Source: Roseibacillus sp. (GTDB lineage: Bacteria; Verrucomicrobiota; Verrucomicrobiia; Verrucomicrobiales; Akkermansiaceae). From it: a DNA stretch of 64,000 nucleotides. This document shows, in pieces, positions 19,221 through 29,099 of the stretch (positions are counted from its first letter, which is position 1; each line of letters begins with the position of its first letter). The translations under genes and the position numbers were made by a program. The stretch is taken from contig CBDEUM010000029.1 in assembly GCA_965242925.1 (NCBI GenBank), positions 384,001 through 448,000 on the forward strand, in the 5' to 3' direction. The notes under the pieces are model-generated. The model was not told the origin of the DNA. It was given only the letters and a program-made list of their open reading frames with translations, and ran no database searches.

Positions 19221-20366
19221 ATGGCCCAGAAGCTCTATTTTGTGGCTGGAGAACACAGTGGCGATACCCGCGGAGCTGAACTGATGGAGGCGATACGGGC
19301 CGTGCGCCCGGATTGGCAATTCTGTGGCCTGGGAGGGCCGAAAATGCGGCGTCTGGGAGGTTCCAGCCTGGTTGACTGGGTGGAGGAAGCCGCGGTGGTG
19401 GGCTTCTGGGAGGTCCTCAAGCGCTATTGGTGGTTCAAGGGGCGCTTCGATGCAACCCACCGGGAAATCGAAAATCTGCACCCCGACGCGGTGATCTTCG
19501 TCGATTATCCCGGCTTTAACCTGCGGTTGGCGCGGTCCCTGCACGAGGGCGCGGAACCTGCACGGCTGATCAACTACATCAGCCCCCAGGTCTGGGCCTG
19601 GAAGAAGGATCGTATCCAAGGCATGGCGGAATGGCTCGATCTGATGCTCTGTCTCTTTCCGTTTGAGAAGGAGATATTCGAGAGTGCCGGCCTGCCCACC
19701 ATCTGCATGGGCCATCCCATGGTGGATCAGCTGGAAGCAGGGCGGATTGAGGCTCGACGCGAGGAGAACCTGGTGGGGCTCTTTCCCGGTAGCCGCAAGA
19801 ATGAGATCTCGCGGATTTTCCCCACCATGGTTGAGGTAGTCGCCTACCTGCATGAGAAATTTCCGGCGTGGAGGTTCGAAGCGTCGGCGGCTTCACAGCT
19901 TATGGAGAACCAGATGCGGTCCATTCTGGATGCTCACCCGGTGAAGCAGCTGCCCCTCGAAATTGTGCAGGGGCGGAGCCATGAGCTGATGCAGCGTGCC
20001 TGGAGCGGGGTGGTGACCAGCGGCACGGCCACGTTGGAGGCGTCCTACTACGGGTTGCCCTATTGCCTGGTCTACAAGGTGGCCTGGCTGACCTATCTGG
20101 CGGGACGTGCGGTGGTAGATATCGAGCACCTGGGGCTGGCCAATATTCTGGCTGGCCGCGAAATTGTACACGAGTTCATCCAGCACGAAGCCAACGCGGC
20201 CAATATCTCATCCTTTCTTGAGAGCGTGATGACCGACGAGCTGCGGTGGAGGGAACTTGAGCGCAATCTGCTGGGCGCGGCAGCCAGGCTGGGCGGCGGA
20301 GGAGCAGCGAAGATTGCCGCCCGGGCCATTGTGGACCTGTTGGAGGAACAGAGTGATGGCGCCTGA
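19221..20366 (+). CDS. lpxB: Lipid-A-disaccharide synthase
   Basis: VAGEHSGD, VDYPGFNLRLA, YISPQVWAW, LFPGSRKNEI, TSGTATLE. Confidence 0.96.
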   Translation: MAQKLYFVAGEHSGDTRGAELMEAIRAVRPDWQFCGLGGPKMRRLGGSSLVDWVEEAAVVGFWEVLKRYWWFKGRFDATHREIENLHPDAVIFVDYPGFNLRLARSLHEGAEPARLINYISPQVWAWKKDRIQGMAEWLDLMLCLFPFEKEIFESAGLPTICMGHPMVDQLEAGRIEARREENLVGLFPGSRKNEISRIFPTMVEVVAYLHEKFPAWRFEASAASQLMENQMRSILDAHPVKQLPLEIVQGRSHELMQRAWSGVVTSGTATLEASYYGLPYCLVYKVAWLTYLAGRAVVDIEHLGLANILAGREIVHEFIQHEANAANISSFLESVMTDELRWRELERNLLGAAARLGGGGAAKIAARAIVDLLEEQSDGA

Positions 20367-21099
20367 CTACGGGGACGGGATTCCTGAAGAGCGATCCAGG
20401 CCGAACCCGGTCTGGAAGATCGCGATGGTGAGCGCGCCCGCCTTTCTCCTTCTTTCCACCGCCTGGGCCCTCTGGATCTGGTGGAAGAAATCGCAGGATG
20501 ATTCGGTTGATCCGCGCCTTGCGCTGGTCTCTGTCGCTGCCGAGGTGGAGGAACTGGAGGACAGCTTGCACAAGCTCTCCCAGGTTCTCGGACCCCGCGA
20601 TTGGGAGTCGGTGGAGGGCCGCATCAACATGCGCCGGGCCATCGCCTTCATCGACGGCACTCTCAGCCCCCGCAACTACGGATTCGCAGTGCGGAAAGGG
20701 GAGCAATTGGCTCATGCGGGCGAACGATGGCCGACGGTCTGGGTCGATCTGGTCGGAGTGGGCGATCCAATGCGGATCCTGCTCGTCAACGCAGCCTACG
20801 ACCGGAGCGACGCGGCGATTGCCCTGGTTCTCGCGGTAGCGCGGGATCTGCGGGACGAGGAATTCGGCCCCACTATCCGGTTCGTGTTCCATCCTGCACA
20901 GCTCTACCGTGGACAGGCAGAGGAGAAGTTGCTCCCCGAGATTCTGGGCAAGAATGAGCTGCACAGCGTCACCCTCGTTCCGGAGGGGCCCGGCGGGGGC
21001 ACCGGCTCAGCTCCGCGGGGACCGTGGAGTGGCGCGCAACTCAAGCCCCTTGCCGATGCCTTTGCCCAGCGGGTGCGGGAGAGCGCGAGCGTCCGCTGA
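20356..21099 (+). CDS. Membrane-anchored hypothetical protein with a degenerate M28-peptidase-like fold
   Basis: N-terminal TM helix; ILLVNAAYD...AIALVLAVARDL...TIRFVF resembles the M28 core. Overlaps the lpxB stop. Confidence 0.55.
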   Translation: MAPDYGDGIPEERSRPNPVWKIAMVSAPAFLLLSTAWALWIWWKKSQDDSVDPRLALVSVAAEVEELEDSLHKLSQVLGPRDWESVEGRINMRRAIAFIDGTLSPRNYGFAVRKGEQLAHAGERWPTVWVDLVGVGDPMRILLVNAAYDRSDAAIALVLAVARDLRDEEFGPTIRFVFHPAQLYRGQAEEKLLPEILGKNELHSVTLVPEGPGGGTGSAPRGPWSGAQLKPLADAFAQRVRESASVR

Positions 21100-21177
21100 G
21101 GCCTGACCCGGTGGCTGAGAAATGCCTTGATGCGGAGGAGGTCCCCGCGTATTTCTCCCGCCCCGAAGACTGATTTA

Positions 21178-21250
21178 GGGGCATTAGCTCAGTTGGTAGA
21201 GCGCTTCAATGGCATTGAAGAGGTCAACGGTTCGATTCCGTTATGCTCCA
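21178..21250 (+). tRNA. tRNA-Ala (anticodon GGC), CCA not encoded
   Basis: Acceptor GGGGCAT/ATGCTCC-A, D arm AGCTCAGTTGGTAGAGC, anticodon arm CTTCA-ATGGCAT-TGAAG, T arm GGTTCGATTCC. Confidence 0.97.
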
Positions 21251-21371
21251 GTCTTCGTTCGACCTGAGAGGAGGCCAATAAAGGGGCGATACGAAAACGG
21301 GCCATGGCCTGCCGGTGCGCCTCTTCCTTTCACGACTGGGTATCCAGACACCACTTCTGACATGATCAAGC

Positions 21372-21725
21372 ATGCCTGTTGAAGGACAAGAACTTGCGGT
21401 AACCTGCGCCAGGGCCGCTGAAAAAATTCTGGCGGAGGATATCCGGATTCTCGATCTGCAGGGGATCTCCACCCTGACGGACTTCATGGTGATCTGTTCC
21501 GGCACCTCCATGCCGCACCTCAAGGCGATCCTGCGGGAAGTAGAGGCCAGGGTGCACGAATGGACGGAGGTCAGGCCGCTTTATGCGGAAGGTCGGGCCG
21601 ACAGCCGTTGGGTGGTTCTCGATTACGTCGATGTAATGGTTCACATCATGCATCAGGAGATGCGCGATCTCTACAGATTGGAAGATCTCTGGGGTGATGC
21701 CGGGGTGGTGCAGTGGGAAAGCTGA
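21372..21725 (+). CDS. rsfS: Ribosome silencing factor
   Basis: AEDIRILDL, TDFMVICSG, WVVLDYVDVMVHIM, RDLYRLEDLWGDA. Confidence 0.93.
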   Translation: MPVEGQELAVTCARAAEKILAEDIRILDLQGISTLTDFMVICSGTSMPHLKAILREVEARVHEWTEVRPLYAEGRADSRWVVLDYVDVMVHIMHQEMRDLYRLEDLWGDAGVVQWES

Positions 21726-21806
21726 GGGAGGATCGCAGATTGCAAATGTGCCTTCCATGAGATTTGAGATTTGATATCTGAAATGGGGGACTGGATGGTT
21801 GTCCCC

Positions 21807-23039
21807 GTGCGTATCGAACTGCTGACCACTGGAACGGAATTGCTCCTCGGGACCACTCGAGATAGGCATGGAGCGTGGGTGGGTCAGCGACTTCTGGGAC
21901 TGGGTCTTCGGATTGCCCGGCAGGTGACCGTGCCTGATGGGCAGGCCGTGGGTAAGGCCATGCGGACCGGTCTGGAGGAGGGGGAGGTCCTGATTGTGAC
22001 CGGAGGACTTGGGCCTACCAGCGATGATCTCACCCGTGAGTCGCTCGCGGAGGTGCTTGGGCTGGAGATGATCGAAGATAAGGCGACCTTGCGCACCATC
22101 GAGGAATTCTTTGCCAGTCGCCGGCGGGTGATGGCGGAAGCCAATCGCAAGCAGGCCCTGGTGCCGGTGGGGGCGGACATTCTCGCCAATCCCAACGGGA
22201 CGGCTCCGGGGCTCTATCTGGCTCCCGGGTTGAGCGGTAGGTGTAACTGTGCGGTATTTCTTCTGCCAGGGCCGCCGCGCGAGCTGTATCCGATGTTCGA
22301 GGCGGAGGTTGTCCCGCGTCTGCGGGCCCTCAGCGGAATCGAAGAGGGGCCTGACTGCGTGGAGCTGAAGTTCGTCGGAATCGGGGAGAGCGATTTTCAC
22401 CAGGGAGTGGATGAACAGTTGGAGTCCATCGGGGGACTGGAGCACGGCTACTGCGCGCGTCCGGGAGAAGTGGACCTGCGACTCATCGGGACCCCGGACG
22501 TCGTGAGGGAAGGGCGGTTGGTGGCGGAGACGGCCTTTGCCCACGAACTGGTGAGCGATGATGGCGCCAGCCTGGAAGAAGTGGTGGTGCGGCTCTTGAC
22601 CGGGCAGGGGATGACCGTGGCGGTTGCGGAGAGTTGTACGGGGGGACTCATTGCATCCCGGATCACCGACGTTTCAGGTTCCTCGGAAGTGTTCCGCTAC
22701 GGTTTCGTGACCTACGCCAATGAGGCAAAGTGTGATCTGATCGGGGTGGACCGGGAGGATCTGCTGGAACACGGTGCGGTGAGCGAACCGGTGGCCTGCC
22801 AGATGGCGGAGGGAGCTCTCCGGGTTGGCAAGGCGGACATGGCGGTGGCAGTGACCGGTATCGCGGGGCCGACCGGGGGGAGCGAAGGGAAGCCGGTGGG
22901 GACGGTCTTCCTGGGCCTGGCGGTAAGGGGGGGCGAGACCCGGGTGGTCAAGCAATTCCACCCCTGGGGCCGCGATGTCTTCAAGCGCCAGGTAAGCCAG
23001 TCCGCCTTGAATCTGGTCCGGCAGGCGCTGGTGGGATAA
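21807..23039 (+). CDS. cinA: Competence/damage-inducible protein CinA (NMN deamidase)
   Basis: TGTELLLG, TGGLGPTSDDLTRE, AVAESCTGGL, GAVSEPVA, TGIAGPTGG. Start could also be 21783 or 21795. Confidence 0.95.
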   Translation: MRIELLTTGTELLLGTTRDRHGAWVGQRLLGLGLRIARQVTVPDGQAVGKAMRTGLEEGEVLIVTGGLGPTSDDLTRESLAEVLGLEMIEDKATLRTIEEFFASRRRVMAEANRKQALVPVGADILANPNGTAPGLYLAPGLSGRCNCAVFLLPGPPRELYPMFEAEVVPRLRALSGIEEGPDCVELKFVGIGESDFHQGVDEQLESIGGLEHGYCARPGEVDLRLIGTPDVVREGRLVAETAFAHELVSDDGASLEEVVVRLLTGQGMTVAVAESCTGGLIASRITDVSGSSEVFRYGFVTYANEAKCDLIGVDREDLLEHGAVSEPVACQMAEGALRVGKADMAVAVTGIAGPTGGSEGKPVGTVFLGLAVRGGETRVVKQFHPWGRDVFKRQVSQSALNLVRQALVG

Positions 23040-23056
23040 AGGGGAGAACCCTCTCG

Positions 23057-23518
23057 CTATCCGTGATACCGCCGGACTTCGAACTCCGGATATTTCTCGA
23101 CTACTTCGTAGCCGGGAAACTGATCTTCGAATTCCGGAAAAAGCGTGTCGCCCTCATGTGGTTCGTGGACCCATGAGACGAGCAGATGATCAAGGCGGGG
23201 AAGGAAAAGGGTGTAGATTTCCGCCCCTCCCATGATGAAGACGGTGGGGGTCTGGAGCTGGAGGGAAGCGAGCTCCTCGGGAGAGTGAATCACCTCCACG
23301 CCTTCTGCGGACCAGGAGTGGTCGCGGGTGACTACGATGTTTTGCCGGTCTGGTAGGGGCCGACCGATCGAGTCGAAGGTCTTACGTCCCATCACCACCG
23401 GGTGGCCGCTGGTGGTGCGCTTGAAAAACCTGAGATCCTCCGGGAAGTGCCAGGGAAGTCTGTTGTCCCGGCCGATGATCCGCTCCGGAGTCATGGCAAC
23501 GATAGCGGTAAGGGTCAT
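23057..23518 (-). CDS. folA: Dihydrofolate reductase
   Basis: [47 protein letters not shown]. Confidence 0.96.
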   Translation of the reverse strand: MTLTAIVAMTPERIIGRDNRLPWHFPEDLRFFKRTTSGHPVVMGRKTFDSIGRPLPDRQNIVVTRDHSWSAEGVEVIHSPEELASLQLQTPTVFIMGGAEIYTLFLPRLDHLLVSWVHEPHEGDTLFPEFEDQFPGYEVVEKYPEFEVRRYHG

Positions 23519-24324
23519 ACCGAGACCTCCGCCTTGATATGGGGATGCGGATCGTAGTCCTGGAGAGAGAAATCCTCGAAACGAAATCCGTCAATTTCGC
23601 GGACCTCCGGGTTGATCCGCATGCTGGGAAGGGGACGGGGTTCGCGGGTGAGTTGCAGTTCGGCCTGCTCAAGGTGGTTCGAGTAGAGATGCATGTCTCC
23701 GAAGGAGTGCACGAAGTCGCGGGGCTCGTAGCCGAGAACCTGGGCGATCATCATGGTGAAAAGGGAGTAACTCGCGATGTTGAAGGGGACTCCGAGGAAG
23801 AGGTCGGCACTGCGCTGGTAGAGCTGGCACGAGAGCCCGGGACGCCCTCCTTGCGGTTCGTGCACGTAGAACTGGAAAAGGAGGTGGCAGGGCGGGAGGG
23901 CCATCTGGTCAACCTTTCCCACGTTCCAGGCCGAGACGATGTGACGGCGGGAGTGCGGCTTGTTCTTGAGGTCGTCGAGGAGGCGTGAGATCTGGTCGAT
24001 GGGGCTGCCGTCTTCGGTCTGCCAGGCCCGCCACTGCTGTCCGTAGACCGGCCCGAGATCTCCGTTCTCATCGGCCCATTCGTCCCAGATGCGCACCTTG
24101 TTTTCCTGCAGGTAGCGGATGTTGGTCTCGCCCATCAGGAACCAGAGGAGTTCATGGATGATGGAGCGCAGGTGGAGCTTCTTGGTGGTGAGGCAGGGGA
24201 ATCCCTCACGCAGGTCAAAACGCGCCTGACGACCGAAGACCGAGCGGGTGCCGGTGCCGGTGCGGTCGGCGCGCTCTTCGCCGTTCTTGAGAACATCACG
24301 GAGCAGGTCCAGATATTGCCGCAC
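23515..24324 (-). CDS. thyA: Thymidylate synthase
   Basis: [42 protein letters not shown]. Confidence 0.97.
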   Translation of the reverse strand: MRQYLDLLRDVLKNGEERADRTGTGTRSVFGRQARFDLREGFPCLTTKKLHLRSIIHELLWFLMGETNIRYLQENKVRIWDEWADENGDLGPVYGQQWRAWQTEDGSPIDQISRLLDDLKNKPHSRRHIVSAWNVGKVDQMALPPCHLLFQFYVHEPQGGRPGLSCQLYQRSADLFLGVPFNIASYSLFTMMIAQVLGYEPRDFVHSFGDMHLYSNHLEQAELQLTREPRPLPSMRINPEVREIDGFRFEDFSLQDYDPHPHIKAEVSV

Positions 24325-24438
24325 GCAATAACCTTAACCAAGAATGGGGCGAAAGACGCGAAAAAAATCCAGGATGGGAGCAACTTTACGGATGATGGGG
24401 ACTGACGCTGTGGCGGGGCTTTGCTCCGTGCTGCGCCG

Positions 24439-24843
24439 CTAGTCGTCAGTGCGAGGCTTTCTCCGGAACTCCTTTTTCTGTCCGTGCTGCCGCTTGAGAC
24501 CGACCTCCCGTTGGCGTTGCCGGCGGGAGCGCCGGCGTTTCTGGCGGCGGATTTTCTCGATGCGCTGACGGCGTTCGGATTTGCGGCCCTGTTCAATCTC
24601 CTCGATGCGATCGCACAGCTCCCGGCGGACAAAAAAGCGGTTCATCTCGCGCGAGCGCTGGGTCTGGCACTTGATTTCGATCCCGCTCGGCCGGTGGTGG
24701 AGGTAGACGCAGGAGCTGGTCTTGTTGATTTTCTGTCCGCCGTGCCCCGTTCCCCTGATGAATCGCTCAATGAGATCGTCTTCCAGGATTCCGAGCTCCG
24801 CCATGCGGCGTTTCATGGCGGCACGTTTGTCCTGTCCGATCAT
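24439..24843 (-). CDS. GGQ-domain peptidyl-tRNA hydrolase / ribosome rescue factor (ArfB/C12orf65-like)
   Basis: FIRGTGHGGQKINKTSSCV...CQTQRSREMNR, followed by a very basic C-terminal tail. Confidence 0.85.
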   Translation of the reverse strand: MIGQDKRAAMKRRMAELGILEDDLIERFIRGTGHGGQKINKTSSCVYLHHRPSGIEIKCQTQRSREMNRFFVRRELCDRIEEIEQGRKSERRQRIEKIRRQKRRRSRRQRQREVGLKRQHGQKKEFRRKPRTDD

Positions 24844-25643
24844 GGCGCAGCCGGGGCTGGCATCGTGGAGCGTTCAGTGGACTGGCAATGGACGATGTAG
24901 TCCGAGACCGCTCTCCTGATTTCACCCGCCACATCGGCACGCTGCGTGGCGAAGGGCGGGACGAACCATGGATAAGAGCCGATCACATCGGAGGTTACCG
25001 CAATCTCGCCGTCACAGCTATCCGTGCCACATCCGATTCCGATGGTGGGAATCCCGATGCTGGTGGTGACTTCGGCAGCAACCGCGGGTACCACGGTCTC
25101 AAGAACGATGCCGAAGCAGCCGGCCTGCTCAAGTGTCTCTGCTCCTTTCAGGAGTGCTGATATTTCGTCGGCTGACGTTCCCTTCGTCCTGTAGCCGCCC
25201 TCCTCCTTCAGACGTTGCGGGAGCATGCCGAGGTGGCCCAGGACAGGGATGCCATCCTCCACGATGGCCTTCACTTTCCCGGCCTGGCGGACTCCGCCTT
25301 CCAGTTTGATCGCTTCCGCACCGGCTTTCACCAGGGCCCGGGCGGTTTCCACCGCCTCGGCTTCACTGTCATAGGAGTGGATCGCGAAGTCGGCCACCAG
25401 AAGGGACTCCCGGCAACCGCGGGCGGCGGCGGCCACATGGTGCAGCATGTGGTCGAGGGTGACATGGGTGGTGTCAGGAAAGCCGAGTACCACCATTCCC
25501 AGGGAGTCTCCCACCAGGATGAGATCCGTGCCCGCCTCATCCAGCAGGCGCGCAGTGGGATAGTCCCAGGCGGTGAGAGCAGCAATGGGTGGTCCAACCT
25601 CCTTCCGGGCGCGGAGGGCGGAACACTTGTCACTGACAGGCAC
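24840..25643 (-). CDS. panB: 3-methyl-2-oxobutanoate hydroxymethyltransferase
   Basis: ILVGDSLGMVVLG, AIKLEGG, GHLGMLPQ, IPTIGIG. Confidence 0.95.
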   Translation of the reverse strand: MPVSDKCSALRARKEVGPPIAALTAWDYPTARLLDEAGTDLILVGDSLGMVVLGFPDTTHVTLDHMLHHVAAAARGCRESLLVADFAIHSYDSEAEAVETARALVKAGAEAIKLEGGVRQAGKVKAIVEDGIPVLGHLGMLPQRLKEEGGYRTKGTSADEISALLKGAETLEQAGCFGIVLETVVPAVAAEVTTSIGIPTIGIGCGTDSCDGEIAVTSDVIGSYPWFVPPFATQRADVAGEIRRAVSDYIVHCQSTERSTMPAPAAP

Positions 25644-25806
25644 GGGAAATTCATAGCACCTCTCCGGGGGGGATGCGAGTCCGGGGAAGTAAAAAGATGG
25701 TCGGGTTGGTGCGTTCTCCGGAGGTGCGTTTCCGGGTCCTCTCCAGATCATGTGCCTCGTCATTGGTACGGACTCCGGACCCCGTTGACCGGTTGTCCTT
25801 ACCCGG

Positions 25807-26316
25807 CTACCAGTTGGCCTGGATGAGGGTCAGTTCAGGTTCTCCGGAATCAAGGTGCTGGAGATGCCCGCTGATGGTGACGTGATCGCCGGGGAGGGTC
25901 ATGAGAGGTCGGATTTCAGCGAGGGGCTGCAGGACGAAGCGCCGGTGGGTCATGTGCGGATGCGGAATGATGAGGATTCCGGTGTCGATGGTGAGGTCAT
26001 CAAAGTAGAGGATATCGATGTCGATGACGCGGGGAGAATTTGGACCTGCACCGGGTTTGCGTCCGAGATGGTACTCGATGGCCTTGGCGTCCTCGAGGAG
26101 TTTGGCGGGTTCCCCGACGTAATCGAGTTCGATCACGGTATTGAAGAAGTCGGGCGAACCTTCCGGGCAGTTGACTGGTTCGCTCTGGTAGACGGGAGCC
26201 TGCTCGAAATGGACGTTGTCCGGGGTGAGGGCACGGAGGAGGTCGCGGGCGGCGCGCAGGTTGGCGAGGCGATCACCCAGATTCGATCCCAGTGCTATTC
26301 CCGTCCGAGTGGCCAT
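25807..26316 (-). CDS. folK: 6-hydroxymethyl-7,8-dihydropterin pyrophosphokinase
   Basis: IALGSNLGDR, PRVIDIDILYF, IPHP..THRRFVLQPLAEI. Confidence 0.95.
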   Translation of the reverse strand: MATRTGIALGSNLGDRLANLRAARDLLRALTPDNVHFEQAPVYQSEPVNCPEGSPDFFNTVIELDYVGEPAKLLEDAKAIEYHLGRKPGAGPNSPRVIDIDILYFDDLTIDTGILIIPHPHMTHRRFVLQPLAEIRPLMTLPGDHVTISGHLQHLDSGEPELTLIQANW

Positions 26317-26399
26317 TTCAAGATGCTGACGATACGGTTTGCATGCCTGCTTAGTCGATGCCAGGGCGACAGGACTCTCCGCGAAACTCCGCGGATGGC

Positions 26400-27134
26400 T
26401 TACCTGAGTCCCAGGACGTCCTGCATGTCGAAGAGACCCGGGGATTTGTCACCGAGCCAGAGGGCGGCCTGGAGAGCTCCCGAAGCGAAGGTCATGCGGC
26501 TGGAGGCCTTGTGAGTCAGTTCCACGCGCTCGCCCTCGGCGGCGAACATGACGGTGTGGTCCCCCACGACATCCCCACCGCGGAGTGAGTGCATGCCGAT
26601 CTGCCGGCCGGGTCGCGCTCCGGTGATTCCAACCCGGCCGTGGCTCACATCGTCTTCGTATGAAGTGCCCGTTTCCTCGTTGAGGATCTCGAGGAGACGG
26701 CGGGCGGTGCCGGAAGGGGCATCAATCTTGTGATGGTGATGCATTTCGGTCACTTCGATATCGCACCGGTCGTTGCCGAGGATGCGGGCCGCGTGGCGGG
26801 TGAGCCAGAAGAGCGTGTTGACGCCCACCGAAAAGTTGGGAGCAAGGACGATGGGGATTTTATTCGAGGCCTCGTGGATGGCGGTGAGTTCCTTCTCATC
26901 GTGTCCGGTCGTGCCGATGACGAGAGCGCTCCTGGTAGCCAACGCTTCCTGGAGAAGCTGGGCGGTGAACGAGTGGATGGTGAAATCGATCACGGCATCT
27001 GCTCCTTCAAGGAGAGGGCCCAGCTCTTCCCCCGTGTCGTGGGTTCCGTGAATGGTGGCGGCTGGATGGGCTTCCACGGCTTCCGCCACGGACAGACCCA
27101 TGCGGCCCGAACGCCCGGTGATGACGATGTTCAT
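26400..27134 (-). CDS. dapB: 4-hydroxy-tetrahydrodipicolinate reductase
   Basis: GRMG, VIDFT, VIGTTG, APNFSVGV, EMHHHHKIDAPSGTA. Confidence 0.96.
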   Translation of the reverse strand: MNIVITGRSGRMGLSVAEAVEAHPAATIHGTHDTGEELGPLLEGADAVIDFTIHSFTAQLLQEALATRSALVIGTTGHDEKELTAIHEASNKIPIVLAPNFSVGVNTLFWLTRHAARILGNDRCDIEVTEMHHHHKIDAPSGTARRLLEILNEETGTSYEDDVSHGRVGITGARPGRQIGMHSLRGGDVVGDHTVMFAAEGERVELTHKASSRMTFASGALQAALWLGDKSPGLFDMQDVLGLR

Positions 27135-27158
27135 GGTGAGGTGATGAAAGGGGACAGG

Positions 27159-28037
27159 CTAAAGGAGCTCGAACTCGCTGAGGACGGCCCGCAGTTCTTC
27201 AGTTTTTTCCGCGGTGAGGCCGACGAGGGGGAGCCGGAACTCGGCGGTGCACTGTCCACGGAGGGCGAGGGCACTCTTGATGGGGATGGGATTGGTATCG
27301 AGGGTCATGAGCGCACTCAGGAGGGGGTAGTAGCGCTTCTGGATTCCCAGGGCTTCATCGAAGGAGCCGTTGAGGGCCGCCTTGACCAGGCGGGCGACCA
27401 CATCGGGGATCAGGTTGGCGGCCACGGAAACTACTCCCACCGCTCCCACCGATATGAAGGGGATGGTGAGAGGATCGTCGCCGGAGACCACGGTGAAGGC
27501 TTCCGGGACGGCCTGGACGAGCTTGTTGACGCGGTCTGACGACCCCCCCGCTTCCTTGATGCTGACCACGGTCTCACAGTCGCGGGCCAACCGCGCGACG
27601 GTCTCCACATCGATCTGAATGACACTGCGTCCGGGCACTGAATAGAGCATGAGGGGAAGGGAGGAGGCGTCCGCGACCGCCTTGAAGTGCTGGTAGAGTC
27701 CTTCCTGGGAGGGCTTGTTGTAGTAGGGGCAGACCTGGAGAGAACCGTCGGCCCCAGCCTGCTCTGCTTCCCTGGTAAGGAGAATGGCCTCGCTGGTGGA
27801 ATTGGCGCCGGTGCCGGCCACCACCTTCAGGCGCCCCGCGGAAAACTCCACCGCACGCCTGATGATCTCGATGTGCTCGGCATCGTTGACGGTAGGGGAT
27901 TCGCCGGTCGTGCCAACCGGGACGATCCCGTCAATGCCGGCCTCGGCCTGGCGATTGATGAGCGCCTCGAAAGCGTCATAATCGACGTGACCGTCGCGAA
28001 ATGGCGTGACAAGGGCGGTGTAGCTGCCTGCGAACAT
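27159..28037 (-). CDS. dapA: 4-hydroxy-tetrahydrodipicolinate synthase
   Basis: ALVTPF, GTTGESPT, PYYNKPSQEGLYQHF, IKEA, SGDD, NPIPIK. Confidence 0.96.
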   Translation of the reverse strand: MFAGSYTALVTPFRDGHVDYDAFEALINRQAEAGIDGIVPVGTTGESPTVNDAEHIEIIRRAVEFSAGRLKVVAGTGANSTSEAILLTREAEQAGADGSLQVCPYYNKPSQEGLYQHFKAVADASSLPLMLYSVPGRSVIQIDVETVARLARDCETVVSIKEAGGSSDRVNKLVQAVPEAFTVVSGDDPLTIPFISVGAVGVVSVAANLIPDVVARLVKAALNGSFDEALGIQKRYYPLLSALMTLDTNPIPIKSALALRGQCTAEFRLPLVGLTAEKTEELRAVLSEFELL

Positions 28038-28094
28038 GGCAGGAGAGTAGTGGGGAGCGATCACCGCACTAGCAAGGGCAAAAACGCCTCCTGT

Positions 28095-28904
28095 TCACAA
28101 CTCGATATCGCCCTCGAAGACGAAGTCGGCCGGACCGGTGAGAGTGACGTTTCGGAAGCCTGTCCCGGCGTTGCCTTCGAAGCCAATCCGGAGCGTCTCT
28201 CCGCCCTGGACGTCGACTTTGATGGGCGCGGGCGCCCCGTGGAGGAGGTGATGGATAATGGCGCAGGCCACCATGCCCGTGCCGCAGGCCAGGGTTTCGT
28301 TCTCCACTCCGCGTTCGTAGGTCCGGATCGCGATGTGTCCGGGAGCGATCTCCTTCACGAAGTTGGCGTTGGTTCCGTTGGGGAAGTGTTCGTGGTGGCT
28401 GATGGCGGCGCCCAACCGGAGGACATCAAGATTGGCGAGGTCATCGACATAGGCCAGAGCGTGAGGAACTCCAGTGTTCAGGATGTGAAGGGAGCTTTCG
28501 AGATCCTTGATCGAGACCCCGGAATTCAGGTCGAGGTCAAAGGGGGTCGACATGGTGACCTCGACCTCCTCCCCGATGAGCCGGGCTGTGAGGGTGCCGG
28601 CGATGGTCTCGAAGCTGATGTTCTCCCGGCTGTCGTTGAGCAGACGGGCGGTGTAACGACCGAAGCAGCGGGCGCCATTGCCGCACATCTCGGCTTCGCC
28701 ACCGTCGGCATTGTAGTAGCGGAACCTGAAATCCGCTCCGTTCCGGGCTGGTTCGGCTGCCAGCAGGCCATCGGCGCCCACCCCCCGGTGACGGTCACAG
28801 ATCCTTGCTATCTGCTCGTTGCTGAGCTCGATCGAAAGGGCCCGATTGTCGATCATGACGAAATCGTTTCCGGCTCCGTTCATCTTGGTGAAAGGCAGAC
28901 GCAT
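28095..28904 (-). CDS. dapF: Diaminopimelate epimerase
   Basis: KMNGAGNDF, AEMCGNGARC, RTYERGVENETLACGTG. Confidence 0.96.
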   Translation of the reverse strand: MRLPFTKMNGAGNDFVMIDNRALSIELSNEQIARICDRHRGVGADGLLAAEPARNGADFRFRYYNADGGEAEMCGNGARCFGRYTARLLNDSRENISFETIAGTLTARLIGEEVEVTMSTPFDLDLNSGVSIKDLESSLHILNTGVPHALAYVDDLANLDVLRLGAAISHHEHFPNGTNANFVKEIAPGHIAIRTYERGVENETLACGTGMVACAIIHHLLHGAPAPIKVDVQGGETLRIGFEGNAGTGFRNVTLTGPADFVFEGDIEL

Positions 28905-29099
28905 GGCGTGCTTGATATGCGTGGAAGGCGATACGCCTGTTGGGTGCAAAGGTCAAGGTCCAGCCCTTGGGTCGGGAGCGTGCGATGGCTTGTCCATGGA
29001 AGCTCTCGGGTTCAGGTCGGGAGCATCCGCTTGGAGGAGCGGGGAGTCCGGTAGGCTCACATGCCGGTCAGCCAGTGCGGCGGAGGGGCTGCCGGTTCC

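Noticed and set aside
21178..21372. tRNA-Ala as an island integration site
   Set aside because: No repeat of the tRNA 3' end and no integrase seen; the flanking genes are housekeeping.
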